From Carcharhinus amblyrhynchos (lineage: Eukaryota): DNA of 64,000 bases. Of the stretch, positions 37,775 through 50,522 are shown piece by piece. Location of the stretch: the NCBI GenBank assembly GCA_965287045.1, contig OZ336872.1:120032001-120096000 (forward strand), written 5' to 3'. Every line of letters starts with the position of its first letter. The first letter of the stretch is position 1. The position numbers and the translations under genes were made by a program. The notes below the pieces were generated by a model. The model was not told where the DNA came from. It saw nothing but the letters and a program-made list of their open reading frames with translations, and ran no database searches.

Positions 37775-38658
37775 GGGGTGATTTTAGCTTCTCACTCTGC
37801 CGGTTGATGGGTGGGGTGAGCTGTTGAGATTGTATGAGAGCTGGATAATCAGGTTTGCACCCAATTTCTCACCACTCGTGATCGTACTGGTACCGGATAT
37901 TGAGTGAGATCAGCCTCGCACCCAAAAAGGGCACGAGGGTGATTGTAATGATAAAATCTGTGTAAAATAGAACTTAAATATTACAAGTGAGACAATCTTC
38001 CAGGCTCACTTGCTTTCCAGCCTTGCCAGTGAATGTCCTCACTGGTGAGGATTATGTATGGTCTCCAACGGGGACCAGATGTGATGGCCCCACCAGTAGG
38101 AATGGAGGCCATTAAGGCCCCCTTGGGAGGTCAGGGATGGTCCCAGACTGGCAATGCCAGCCAGGCACTCTGGCACTGCCCACCAAGGACCCTGGCACTC
38201 CATCGGACAATACCAAGGGAAGGCAGGGTTTACTAGGGGACAGACCTGAGGGGGCAGGGCCTAAGGGGAGGAGGCAGGGTGCTGTGCACTCTGCAACCGG
38301 TGATCAGCCAGCTCATGTGGTGGGGGAAGTGCTGCAGGGGGTGCAATCTGACAGTCTGCCTACAGCAGGGATTAGCTGCAGAGCCAGCGATCGCTGGGGG
38401 AGACAGTGACAGATCTTTCTGCTCTTTGCTGTAGCACAAAACAGAGAGATCTGCGCATGCGCAGTGGCTCCCTCTGCTGTGATCTGCAGACTCTCGGGTG
38501 ATCAGACCTTCCCTTTTCTGGCAGGAAATAGATCTTGCTTCATTTTTTCCTCAGAATGTGGTAAGATTCGATTTTTAACTTGTCCAAAAAATCAATATGA
38601 TTTTCTCCCATTTTCAGGCTCATTTGACATTTAGCTTTTTTTTTGGGAAGCTCGCCCC
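37775..38658. mobile_element. Non-autonomous PIF/Harbinger-like DNA transposon (~880 bp)
   Basis: Termini GGGGTGATTTT ... AAGCTCGCCCC; GC-rich interior with repeated CTGGCACT/GGCAATGCC motifs also seen at 46420-46510 and 48250-48325. Confidence 0.6.
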
Positions 38659-38669
38659 AGAAAAGTAAC

Positions 38670-40740
38670 CATGTGGGTTTCAAACTACCCCAATATTAAT
38701 TGATAAAAAGAGGCAGCTAAAGGAGATTAGGGAATGGAGGTCTTACATTGTGGACAGAACTCTTTTCTAACCCAATATGTAAAAATCCCAGCAAGGCAAA
38801 ACTAGATTAATAGATTGGAAACCAGTTGATTTTGAAATGCTGAAAATAGAACTTGGGGAAACAAAATGGATAACAACATTGGCAAACAGTGACATAGAAC
38901 AGCAATGGGAAATGTTGTAAAGGGTGTTCATTAAAGTGTGGAGAATTATATGTTCTGCTATAAGGTAGCAACAAAATAAATATTAATGAGATTCCATTGA
39001 AGAATAAAGACATAAAGGAATAATTGAGGGCTAAGAAATACACGTATGTTAAGATTGCATGATCAGTCAGAATACAAGGAGATAAGTAAAAAAAAAGTCA
39101 GGAAGGCAAAGAGGAACAATGAAACTAAATTAGCAAGGAACTTAGGACAAAGCGGTAACTCATTTTACAAGTACATCAATTAAGAAACGAAAACCGGGAC
39201 AGGAATAGAATCATTGGGGATAGGCAGGATAATACCACAACCAACAATAGAGAGATGGCAGAAATATTAAATACTTATTTCTCTTTGGTATTTACTAGGT
39301 GCCTTTGATTAATGAGATGAGCAGTGGGATAATTGACTTTACAATAAAAAGGTCATTTATTGAATAAACTAAACAAACTCCAACAAGATAAACCCCTGGT
39401 CCAGCTGGATTGCATTCATACATTTTAAAGGAATCTAGGGAAAAATATCAGAGGGAATACAACACACATTTAATTTTTTTTGGAAAAGATATAGTGCCAA
39501 GGGCTGGTAGATAGCGAACGTAATTCCTACATTTTAGATGGAGACAGAATATGTCCAAGAAGTTACAGACTACATCAGTTGAGGAAAAATAATGGAATCA
39601 CTAAGGAAATAGAGGATCGAAGAACATCTAGAAAATAAATATAGAATAATGAATAGTCAATATCGATTTCAAATAAGGAATTCCTTGCTTAACCAACTTT
39701 TTTTTAGAAGATAAATGTTTTTTTTATGTTTATTTATTAGTGTCACACGTCGGCTTACATTGACACTGCAATTAAGTTACTGTGAAAATCCCCCAGTCTC
39801 CACACACTGGTGCCTGTTCGGGTACACTGAGGAAGAATTTAGCATGGCCAATCCACCTAACCAGTATGTCTTTCGGACTGTGGGAGGAAACCAGAGCACC
39901 TGGAGGGAATCCACGCAGACAAGGGGAGAATGTGCAAACTCCACACAGACCCAAGCCGGGAATCGAACCCGGGTTCCTGACACTGTGAGGCAGTAGTGCT
40001 AACCACCATGCCACCTTCAGGTAATAGAGAGAGCAGAGAATGGTAAAGCAGAAGTTGTCATTTATCCATATTTTCCAAAAGACCTGGATGAAATGATCCA
40101 TAATCAACTAATGAATACGGTCAGAGAATGTGGAGTCAGGGAACAAGTGCCGGAATGAACTGAGAGCAAGCTTCAAGATAGACAGCAGAGAGTGAAAGGA
40201 CAGGTTAGCTTTCAGAGCAGCAGAAAGTAGAAAGTGATATTCCACATGATCAGTGCTGGGACCAGCATTGGTCAGAACTGAGATTAACAATGTGGATTTT
40301 GGAATAAAAAAAATTCTAAATTTGCGGATTATACTACATTGGAGGTATGATCAATACTAGGGAGTGTTGTCAATGCATCGTCACAGGTGGACATTGATAC
40401 GTGTGCAGAATGGACAAATAATTGACAAATTAATTTCAACACAGATAAATGTGAGCTAGTACATTTTGGTAGACAGAATAGGGAGATGATTTGTTACTTG
40501 GAAGGTGTGAATCTTCGTTGGGTAGAGGAACAAGGGGATGTTGGTACACAAAGACAGTAATTACTAAAACATACGTCACGGGTTAGTAAGGCCATAAAAA
40601 TGTAAACCAAGCACTATGCTTTACTTCAAGACAAATAAAATTGAAAAGTAGGGAATTTATGATAAACTTATAAAGATCCTTGGTTCAGAGTAATTAAAAA
40701 TACGGTGCACAGCTCTGGTCACCAGATTACAATAAAAATG
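38670..40740 (+). mobile_element. Old CR1 ORF2 (APE end to RT C-terminus), interrupted by a V-SINE
   Basis: Degenerate GDFNYPNI-like start; MAEILNTYFSLVFT; DKTPGPAGLH; KFAD.T.LG near 40318-40342; FNTDKCELVHFGR. Confidence 0.85.
39725..40015 (-). mobile_element. V-SINE, tail B, inserted in CR1
   Basis: Reverse complement of head, core and tail B. Confidence 0.94.
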
Positions 40741-41526
40741 GAAATGTATCAGTGACTTACCAAAAGTTGGAACCTTGAATTTGGGCAGCTAACATGGAGA
40801 TTTGGAGATTGGGTTGGAAGGGGATACTAGGCAGCATCGAAGGCCACATGAATGCCATAATATCATAGATTTATAGAATGATATAGTGCAGCAGGAGGCC
40901 AATTGGCCCACCATGTCTAGGCTGGTTATTTGTTAGAGCTATATTCACACACCCCTGTTCTTTTCCCATAACCCTGTATTTTTTTCTATTCGGTATTTAT
41001 CCAATCTATATGTTTATATTAAAATTGACTGCTCTACATGAAAAGCTAGGAATGCAAGAAATAAAGAAGAAACAGACACAACATTAAAGAGCTAGAAATT
41101 AGCTAAAGGCCCAAAGAGAGATTGGAGTGGAGGCTGAAGAGACAATCAGGATTCTGACTTCATTTTCAATATGATTAAAAAGCGGATAAGTAAATGAATC
41201 CAAAGTATTAAGATAACAATAAAACCAGGAAAAGCCGAGGGAGCAACTTAAATACAGAATTTCCTTTTCCAGGAAGATTTGTGTGAATGGTCACAGATTG
41301 ATGAAAAGCTACCCAGTAGCCAGATTGTGTAGTGATAGCACTACAGTGCACATTGGCAAAACCTATATTAAATGTTAATTTATAATGAGGCAACGTCAAC
41401 ACAAATAATGGGAGAAGAATATAACAACAGGAAGGCAAGTTGAACAGCCAGGAAATGCAAGCTTTTTGAAAAGGTGTCGAGAGTTGATAGATATTCATTA
41501 GTGTGCAGAGTTCTTCAACAATGACA

Positions 41527-41840
41527 GGTAGAATTCTCCCCAAAAAACTCAAGGTGTGAAATTTGTTTGATAACTAGAGTAATTCATTCTATTCTTTTTA
41601 TTGGGAGTTCAGAGAAGAATCTCCCACACTCTGTGCACTGCAGAAGATGCCAGCGTGAATATCATTAAAGTTTCAGGGGGCAGGGCCTATCCCCGCTGGA
41701 GAGGCTGAAATCAGCGTGCTGAGCGGGCCACTAGTATGTGCCGATCTATCAGTGCCAAGATTGGCACATGTGTAGTGGCCCCACACTGCCTGCTTCTCGT
41801 TGCTGGCCAGTTCGATCACTGGCCAGCCCCATGACCCACA
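41527..41840. mobile_element. Harbinger-like non-autonomous element end fragment
   Basis: GGTAGAATTCTCCCC terminus; interior resembles the reverse complement of ~38440-38658. Confidence 0.5.
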
Positions 41841-42030
41841 CGTGTCTGAAGCCTCAGGGTAGCGCGCTCCAGGATAAATCCAGATGTCTCTTGCATTCAG
41901 CTGAAGGTTTCAGGTCTCATTGTCCTACTTACTCTTTGTCCTGTGGAAATGTACAAATGTCGTTTTTAAAGATAAGACAATCACACTGAAACACAGTGAA
42001 ATCTCTGAAGAAAACTGCTTCCTGTACTAA

Positions 42031-42157
42031 GGCCAGAATTTTACCATCCCATCCATCACGGGAATTGGAGCAGGTGAGGGACGGACTATGGAAAGGACGG
42101 TTAACCTCGGGCAGGATTTTCCAGTTTTGGGGCGAGTGAGGCTGGAAAATCCTGCCC
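42031..42157. mobile_element. 127-bp PIF/Harbinger-like MITE with TAA target-site duplication
   Basis: TAA|GGCCAGAATTTTACC ... GGAAAATCCTGCCC|TAA. Confidence 0.85.
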
Positions 42158-42178
42158 TAAATGTTCTTTGCTCTCAAA

Positions 42179-42520
42179 GCGGCATGGTGGCACAATGGCT
42201 AACATTGCTGCGTCATGGCACCAGAGACCCGGGTTCAATTCCTGGCTTGGGTCACTGCCTGTGTGGTGTTTGCACATTCTCCCTGTGCCTGTGTGGGCTC
42301 CCTCTGGGTGTTCTGGTTTACTTCCACAGTACAAAGATTTGCGGGTTAGATTGATTGGCTATAGTAAATTGTCCCCTGGTTTTCCAAGATGCATAGGTTA
42401 GATGGATTAGCCATGGGATAGGGTGAGGTGATGGGTCTGGGTTTGATGCTCTGTCAGAGAGTCTGTGCAGACTCGATGGGCCGATTAGCTGCCTTCTGCA
42501 AAGTAGGAATTATATGATTT
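42179..42520 (+). mobile_element. HE1-like V-SINE, tail A
   Basis: Full diverged copy. Confidence 0.92.
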
Positions 42521-42592
42521 TATGATCATGCCAACTATTTTCAATTCCAATATCTTAATTTCTATGGTCTTGCAAACATTTCTTTGTGTTTA

Positions 42593-42868
42593 TGGCACAG
42601 TGGTGGGAACCCAGGATCGATTCCCGGCTTGGGTCACTGTCTGTGTGAAGGCTGCATGTTCTTCCCGTGTATGTGTGGGTTTCCTCCGGGTGTTCCGGTT
42701 TCCTCTCACTGTCCAAAAGACGTGCTAGTTAGATGCATTGGCCACTCTAAATTCTCCCTCAGCGTACCCAAATGGGCGCCGGAGTGTGGCAACTCAGGGA
42801 TTTTCACAGTAACTTCATTGCAGTGTTAATGTAAGCCTACTTGTGACACTAATAAATAAACTTAAACT
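42593..42868 (+). mobile_element. V-SINE, tail B
   Basis: Head with internal deletion; intact tail B. Confidence 0.93.
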
Positions 42869-43399
42869 TTTGCATAGTTCACAACAAATATGGCTTTCCT
42901 TCATCTCCAAAGTTATGCACTTTTAAAGTCATGCAATTTTCGCTATCTTTCCCATCAGGTTCTCACAGCGGAGGATACACAGTGGGAAAATTTCCTCTGG
43001 GTGCTAATTGTAGAAAAATCACAAACACATCATCTAATGAACATTTTACTATTCCATTATACTGAGTGCACAGAGGAAGCCTTCCCCCCAGACTTCATGC
43101 TCTATGAAGAAGAAAGAAGTTGCAATTATAAAATCTCTTTCATTTTCACAAAGTAAACCAAAGCACTTCACATCCAATTAATTACGTTTTGAATATTGTC
43201 ACTTGTCATGTAGAGAATCCAGAGGCAGCAAGCATGAGCAAAGTAAGATCCTGCAGCAATATTTGGTGCTGTAAATCTCAGTGATGAATGACCAATTCAC
43301 CTGTTTTAGGTGGCCTTAGTTGAGGATGAATGGATGGCCCAGGAGAAATTGTACTATGCAACTGATCCGCTTAAGGTCAGTTCAGCTAAAGGTCAATTT

Positions 43400-43770
43400 T
43401 GGCGAGGTGATATCCCAGTGGTATGATCACTAGACTATTAATCCAGGAACTCAACTAATGCTCTGGCGATCTCAATTCGAATCCCACCACAGCAGATGGT
43501 AGAATTTGAATTCAAGAAAATATATTTGGAATTAAGAGGCTATTAATGACCATGAAACCATTGTCGATTGTCGGACTACCTGGTCCTTTAGGGAGGGAGA
43601 TCTGCCATGCTTACCTGGTCTGGTTTACATGTGTCTCCACAGCCACAGCAACGTGATCGATTCTCAATGGTCCTCTGAAATAGCCTAGCAGACCGCTCAA
43701 TTCAAGGGCGACTAGGGATGGGCAACAAATGCTGGCCCAGCCAGTGATGCCCATGTCCCATGAATGAATA
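43400..43770 (+). mobile_element. tRNA-derived SINE family 2
   Basis: B-box ATTCGAATCC; tail AAGGGCGACTAGGGATGGGCAACAAATGCTGGCCCAGCC..CCCATGAATGAATAA. Confidence 0.9.
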
Positions 43771-43879
43771 AGCTCCTTCATCCCAAAGACATCTGAAAAT
43801 GGGTTGGACCTGTTGGGTTATCAGGGTTTCCTGACAGCCACCTGAAACAGCTGTTAGGTCCCTTGCATGTGTAAATGAA

Positions 43880-44250
43880 TGAACAAAGAACAAAGAACAA
43901 TACAGCACAGGAAACAGGCCCTTTGGCCCTACAAGCCCACGCCGCCATCTTAACATTCAGAGAGTGCCTCATTCCAATCCTTCTTCTACCTATGACTTTT
44001 GTCTACGCCTCTTGGACTCCACAAACAAGGTGTGCAAACTTAGAGAATTATATATGTGCCAGATTAATGGAGGGCTAATTTGGGGACAACTTGTTAACAC
44101 CAATCAGCCTAAAAGCATGTTTTTGGGGTGTGGGAGGAAACCAGAGCACCCGGAGAAAACCCACGCAAACACAGGGAGAATGTGCAAACTCCCAGACACT
44201 GACCCAAGTTGGAGATCCGACCCAGGTCCATGTAGCTGCACAGCAAACAG
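43880..44250 (-). mobile_element. V-SINE-related element with CR1 tail at 43880-43950 and a divergent middle
   Basis: V-core at 44130-44210 (reverse complement); tail GAACAAAGAACAAAGAACAATACAGCACAGGAAACAGGCCC. Confidence 0.75.
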
Positions 44251-45386
44251 TGATAGTCACTGAGCAGTTGTGTTGCCCGACAGTTGGTCCAGTTTAAGTG
44301 TAACGATGTGAAACACTAGGCAACTCTCGAAGCAACATCCAAGAGCAGCCCTCGCACAACCCACCGCATGTATGTCCCTTGTTGGCCAACAAGGCGGACC
44401 GAATCACCTGTGGATGTGAAAAAAAAGACATCAATAAACATACATAGCTTATACTGACATTCACGGAAGATCCCCAGAAGCTCAAACGTAAGACAGGTGA
44501 GCCGTACTAGTCTGTTTTAGGCCACTGAAAAATCAGATTGTGGCCAGTGAAGTAGGCACCAAGACTGTTTCATTTTGGATGCTTCAGCATGGTGATTGTC
44601 CATTTAAGGATTCATGTGCAGAGTAAGGGTCACATGACCTGGGGAACCAATCAGGGAGCAGGGTGGGGGATCACCCTGGTTTGCTTGAGTTCCTGTTCCA
44701 GAACTTTCTCGGAAGCTAACTGGTAGCCATGAGACTGCAAGCCTTTGTATTATAGTTATATGTAAGTAAATGTTGCAGTTGTTATTTATCTAACTGGTGA
44801 ACATGAATTATTATAATCAGCAGCTCCTGCCACCTAACCAGTGGCCGCCAAAGGCATGTTCTAATGTCTGCTTTGCTGTCGGTCTGTAAGGAATAGGAAT
44901 GATGACGGGCACTGAGAAACAGATCAGAACTCCTGATCTGAAAAAACAGTACCTCAGTCAATGCAACACATCCTCAATAAATCACTGAAGTGTCGGCTAA
45001 GATTGTGTGCCGTTTTCGAGCTGAGAGTGTTATCGGTGAGCCAAGGTGACGCACGTGTCACACTGCGACCAACCGTTTTGTACCAAAAATGGTCTCTCAT
45101 TTCTCAGTGCTGGAATTAGTAAAGATATGCAGGCATCAGCCTGAAATTTTGCTTGTCATTCAGCCATTTTGCTCAAATATTGTGCCCTTAACAAATTTTT
45201 CAAATTGAAGGAGCATTAAACAGCAACAGTTGCAATTGTCTCAAGACAGACAGTTTTCTTGTTTGTTCCAGTTGATAAAATGAATATTATTAAACTGTAT
45301 TCTCACTACACTGCTAGCAACACAAAATAAAAATTCAACAACTGGCGAATATCGAACTATGGTAACCAGCAGGCCACAGATATTGA

Positions 45387-47050
45387 GGGGGTGATTTTCC
45401 AGCCTCACCGCGCCTGGCACAAATCACACTGATCCCAGAAAATAGCGTGCAGGCTTAAAAATGGATTTCGTGCTCAGTGCCAAACACTTTGCGATTGTCC
45501 CAGTTCCTTTCTACGGTGCAAACCGGATAAACATAGAACATAGAACATTACAGCGCAGAACAGGCCCTTCGGCGCACGATGTTGCGCCGACCAGTTAAAT
45601 AAAACAATGACCCACTAACCTAAACCAATCCCTTTTCATCCATAAACCTATCCACGGATCTCTTAAACGCCCCCAAACTAGGCGCATTTACAACCGCAGC
45701 AGGCAGGGCATTCCAATCCCTCACCACCCTCTGGGTAAAGAACCTACCCCTGACATCCGTCCTATAACTACCCCCCCTTAATTTAAAGCCATGCCCCCTC
45801 GTGCTAGCTTTCTCAATCCGAGGAAAAAGGCTATCACTGTCCACCCTATCTAAACCTCTAATCATCTTATATGTTTCAATAAGATCCCCTCTTAGCCGCC
45901 TTCTTTCCAGCGAAAACAACCCCAAATCCCTCAGTCTCTCCTCATAGGACCTCCCCACCATACCAGGCAACATCCTAGTAAACCTCCTCTGCACCCTCTC
46001 CAACGCCTCCACATCCTTCTTGTAATGCGGGGACCAGAACTGCACACAGTACTCCAAGTGCGGCCGCACTAGAGTAGTGTACAGTTGCAACATTACACTG
46101 CGACTCCTAAATTCAATCCCCCTACCAATAAACGCCAAGACACCGTATGCCTTCTTAACAACCCTATCTACTTGATTCCCAACTTTCAGGGATCAGTGTA
46201 CACATACACCTAGATCCCTCTGTTCATCCACACTATTCAAAGTCCTCCCGTTAGCCCTATACTCAACACATCTGTTATTCCTGGATAACACCCAGAAAGG
46301 GCTGGAGGCTGATTAGCATATTTAAAGTAGCATTTAAGTATGCTTAGTCTGTTCAGTGCTGGATTCTCTCAGCCACTGAAACCCTCAGGCGGTGGGGGTC
46401 ATGGCTAAGCAGGGCCAATCTGGCAGTGCCCACCTGGCAGTGCCAATCTGGCACCATGGCAGTGCCCACCTTGCAGTGCCAATCTGGCACCAGGGCACTG
46501 CTAACCTGGCAATACTCGTTGGGGACTGATAGTGTGCCAGAACAGTCAAAGAAAACAAAGGACAAAGCATAGAAACAGGCCCTTTGACCACCCCCCCAAG
46601 CCCATGTAATCATGATGCCCTAACTAAAGAAAAAACCTTTTGCCCTTATCAGCCTGTATAAAGTGCCAAGGAGGTGGGGCCTGAGCGGAGATGGAGCATG
46701 CGTGGAGGCTATGAAGAGTGGTTCATGAAAGTGGATCATGATGGGAGAATCCTGAAAGGGGGACGTGAAAGGGTGGGGCACAATAGGGTGGGGCATGATG
46801 GGATGGGCATGATGGGGGTGGGGGGAGCATGTTGATGGTCATGAAGGGGACCCCACTGGGGGACCCCAATACCCCAAGGCTGGTGATCCATGTCATGACG
46901 GGAGTGAGGAAACATACCTCCGATGACAGGGGAGGTGGGTCCCAAAATCATTATACGGAGGGGCCCTCCCAGTACACTGTGATACTAAGGAGCCTTTCAA
47001 AAGGATGCTTTGCAGCCGGCCTCATCAGAGTGTATATGACCTGCCCCTCC
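45387..47050. mobile_element. Harbinger-like non-autonomous element hosting a young CR1 and a CR1 tail (46545-46660)
   Basis: GGGGGTGATTTTCC terminus and GGCAGTGCC(A) repeats at 46420-46510. Right end uncertain. Confidence 0.5.
45531..46280 (-). mobile_element. Young 5'-truncated CR1 with intact 172-aa ORF2 C-terminus and TSD
   Basis: LYTTLVRPHLEYCVQFWSPHYKKDVEALERVQRRFTRM..RFFTQRVVRDWNALP without stops; flanked by CCGGATAA / CTGGATAA. Confidence 0.97.
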
Positions 47051-47437
47051 CAGAACCAACGCGCGGTCTCCCAACTAATGACTATATGTGGGATGATTGC
47101 AGTCCAGTCCGTGCCAGATCACTCCAGTTTTCTTGGTGTTGTGACACTTCATTTTTGGGGAAAATGGCAGTCTGAATATCTGCCTGCTGTCACTACTTTC
47201 ATGTGCCTTGTACAGATATTCCTGTTGCCTTTCTTTCAGCACCTTGATCTGTAGTCTACCTCGAGTTTCGGGGGGGGTTTTATTTGCTAATGTTGCTGAT
47301 GCTGATGCTGCCAGTGTTTCTGACAGATTGATGTGCTCCATAAGAAAACACTGCTGTTTTTAGTTGCTTATGCCTGGCCAGTTAAATTGCTGGGGTAGGC
47401 TGAAATTTTCTGATTGCTTTACCAGACATATCACATC

Positions 47438-47788
47438 AAATAAAAGCAAATTACTGCGGACGCTGGAATCTGAAACCAAAAGAGAAAATGCTGGAAAATC
47501 TCAGCAGGTCTGGCAGCATCTGTAAGGAGGGAAAAGAGCTGACATTTTGAGTACAGATGAACCTTTGTAAAAGCAGCCTTGTACTGAGGTCACAAAGACA
47601 GACTGGGGTACCTGTGTAAGGACAGGGAGACGAAGAGAAGCCATTGCAATTTTAGTTTTTAGTTTCGAGTCCAGATGACCCTTTAAAACTGCTTTAGTCA
47701 AAGGGTCATCTGGATTCGAAACGTCAGCTCTTTTCTCTCCTTTCAGATGCTGCCAGACCTGCCGAGATTTTCCAGCATTTTCTCTTTT
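47438..47788. mobile_element. Inverted array of Penelope-like terminal repeats (family A) with hammerhead-variant motifs
   Basis: 47438-47575 (-) and 47690-47788 (+) are near reverse complements; extra inverted repeat GTTTCGAGTCCAGATGACCCTTT / AAAGGGTCATCTGGATTCGAAAC at 47662-47722. Confidence 0.82.
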
Positions 47789-48039
47789 GATGTCACATCC
47801 TTCGGGTAGAAGGAAGTTAGAAGAATCTAAGCATATGGAGGGTCCGCAGTGTTCCTGACAGGGTGTTTATCTCTAATCCATAATTACATAGCCCTCATTG
47901 CAGGATGACTATTTCAACACCCTTTACAGAACCTTTATTATATCATACTATTGCAACTCAATTTATAAAACCCTCATTTTATCATGGTTACCTGACTATC
48001 AATTATTGAACCCATATTATTTCATGGCATAAACAGCAA

Positions 48040-48765
48040 GGGGCAGATTTTCCCTACATTTGACAGAATGCTACAGCGGGCAACAACACTGGCATTGAAG
48101 CCTTTGGTGCTTTCTCCACCGTATCATTGGGAATACAGAAGAAGAAAAGCCAAGGGGCAGGTCCCACAACGTAACCCTGGCACAACCCGCCCTGCCAGTA
48201 ACCTTAGTCATTTCAGTGCGCAGATGTTCATATAGTACCCCACACAACAACCTGGCACTGCCCAATGGCATTGCCGGATGGCATTTCTCCCAGCACTATT
48301 CCCTGGTACCCTGGCACTGCCTGGGCAATGTTCTCTGTCACTGTCACCCGGCATTTCCTGGGCAGCACGGCAAAATTGTGGTTACCACTGCTGTCTCTCA
48401 GCGCCAGTGACCCGGGTTCGATTCCCGGCTTGGGTCACTGTCAGTGTGGAGTATGCACATTCTCCTTGTGTCTGCGTGGGTTTCCTCTGGGTGCTTCAGT
48501 TTCCTCCCATACCCCAAAGATGCGTGGGTTAGGTTGACAGGACATGTTAAAATGCCCTGTAGTGTCAGGGGGATTAATAGGGTAAATACATGGGGTTGTG
48601 AGAATGGGTGGGATTGCAGGCTTGATGGGCTGCATAGTCTCCTTCTGTAATGTAGGAATTCTTTGATTCTAAGCTCTCAGGTATTGCCTGGTAATGATCT
48701 TTTCCACCCTGAGTGCGATTTTCCACTCCCAACACCAAAAGAATGGGAAGGGAAAATCCTGGCCC
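48040..48765. mobile_element. Harbinger-like non-autonomous element containing a V-SINE
   Basis: GGGCAGATTTTCCC ... GGGAAAATCCTGGCCC termini; CCTGGCACTGCC repeats. Confidence 0.6.
48360..48665 (+). mobile_element. HE1-like V-SINE, tail A
   Basis: Head, core and degenerate tail. Confidence 0.92.
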
Positions 48766-50004
48766 AATGGATAGAATTTTATGTTCCTGACACAGATCCT
48801 GCCTACTGTTTGGGTAACCCACATTGTTTCTGCTGAGTGAAGTCAGACCCATGACTCTCGGGCACTTGACTGGCTAGCACTGGGGCTTCCCTGCAACTTA
48901 AAATGACCACGCTTCCCCAGGAGCAGTGGCTGCTGCCAACAGTGCTGCAGGGATTCACACCAGGGATTTGGGGCTGGAACCCGGGACACAATTATGTGAG
49001 AGCAGGATGAACGGTCATGTGAGGATGTTATGGGAGGGGGAAGGGGGGGTGGAGCGGGGCATGCGTGGGGACAGAGGGTTTGATAACAAGGTGTGGTTTC
49101 CAGCAGCAGCACCGCCCCCTTCTCCCCCCGCCCACCACCACCCCACCATGCACCACCTTCTCAGTGCTGGGTCCCTCGATTAGACACATAACCTGACAAT
49201 GAAGGTCAGCCAATAGGCAGCCTTTGGAAGGCTTGGGAAAGTCGTAAAAGTTGCATTTAATGCCTAAGGCCCCACTAAAGTCTGGTGGGTTCATGATATC
49301 AACATTTATTAATGATCCTATTGCCATTCCACTGAAAGCAGGTGAATTCCGGCACTAGCCTATCCCGGCCTCTGAATTAATCATGGAATATTTTCCCACT
49401 GACGCGATGTAGCTTCTCCTTGATTAAATGGGCCTGGTGCCCATGTTTTCTGCTGTGACGGCCTGGATTAAATTAATGCTTCTGATCAAGGATCTTCCAT
49501 TAGAACCTTTATACTACATGGCTACTTGGCTAATAGTAACACTCCTGTTAACTTGGCTATTCTTTTATTGGTTGCATAGCCATTATTCAAATCTGATACA
49601 ATTTATGACATGGTGCCTTTATCAACATCATTCCTCCCTTACTGCAATTCGGTAGTCTTATTGTATTATTGTTCATGACTGATATTTCTTATAAGTCACC
49701 CACCTTTCCAAGAGCTGGTTGGATATTATTAAAATTTGAGAGCACTCACTCTTGGGTGCCCTCGATACTGCTCCATGCTCAAATGATGAGGTCTAAGGAA
49801 CACCTGAAATGAACTTTGGGCCTCCATGTTCTAAAGATGGCATAGTGAGCGAACACATCATCAACAAGTTTCGGCCCGTGTTGGCTAACACAGATCAAAA
49901 CAAAGTCACAATGGAGGCTCGAAGCAGGCATTAAGCCTTTGATTCCTATATAAAATGGAATAATAACTGACTCGTGTATAGGTAAAGCACACTTTGTACT
50001 TTTA

Positions 50005-50170
50005 TTCTTTTTTTTATATTCATTCATGGGACATGGCCATCGCTGGCTGGTCAGTAATTATTGCCCATTCCTAGTTGCCTGAGGGCAGTTGAGAGTCAAC
50101 CACATTGCTGTGGCTCTGGAGTCACATGCAGGCCAGACCAGGTAAGGATGGCATTTCCTTCCATAAAGGG
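50005..50170 (-). mobile_element. SINE family 2, 3' half
   Basis: Matches 5738-5905. Confidence 0.88.
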
Positions 50171-50201
50171 CTTATTATTTAGGGAAGATCCTTTCCCTAA
50201 A

Positions 50202-50522
50202 GGGCGGCACGGTGGCACAGTGGTTAGCACTGCTGCCTCATAGCACGAGAGACACGGGTTCATTTCCGGCCTCTGGTCACTATCTGTGTGGAGTTTGCAC
50301 ATTCTCCCTGTGTCATCGTGGGTTTCTTCCGGATGCCCCGGTTTCCTCCCACAATCCACTGATGTGCAGGTTATATGGATTGGCCATGCTAAATTAACCT
50401 TAGTGTCAGGGGAATTAGCAGGATAAATATGAAGGGTTAGGGGAATAGGGCCTGGGTAGGATTGTGGTCAGTGAAGACCCGATGGGCCAAATGGCCTCCT
50501 TCTGCACTGTAGGGATTCTATG
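50202..50522 (+). mobile_element. HE1-like V-SINE, tail A
   Basis: GGGCGGCACGGTGGCACAGTGGTTAGCACTGCTGCC head through GATTCTATG tail. Confidence 0.95.
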
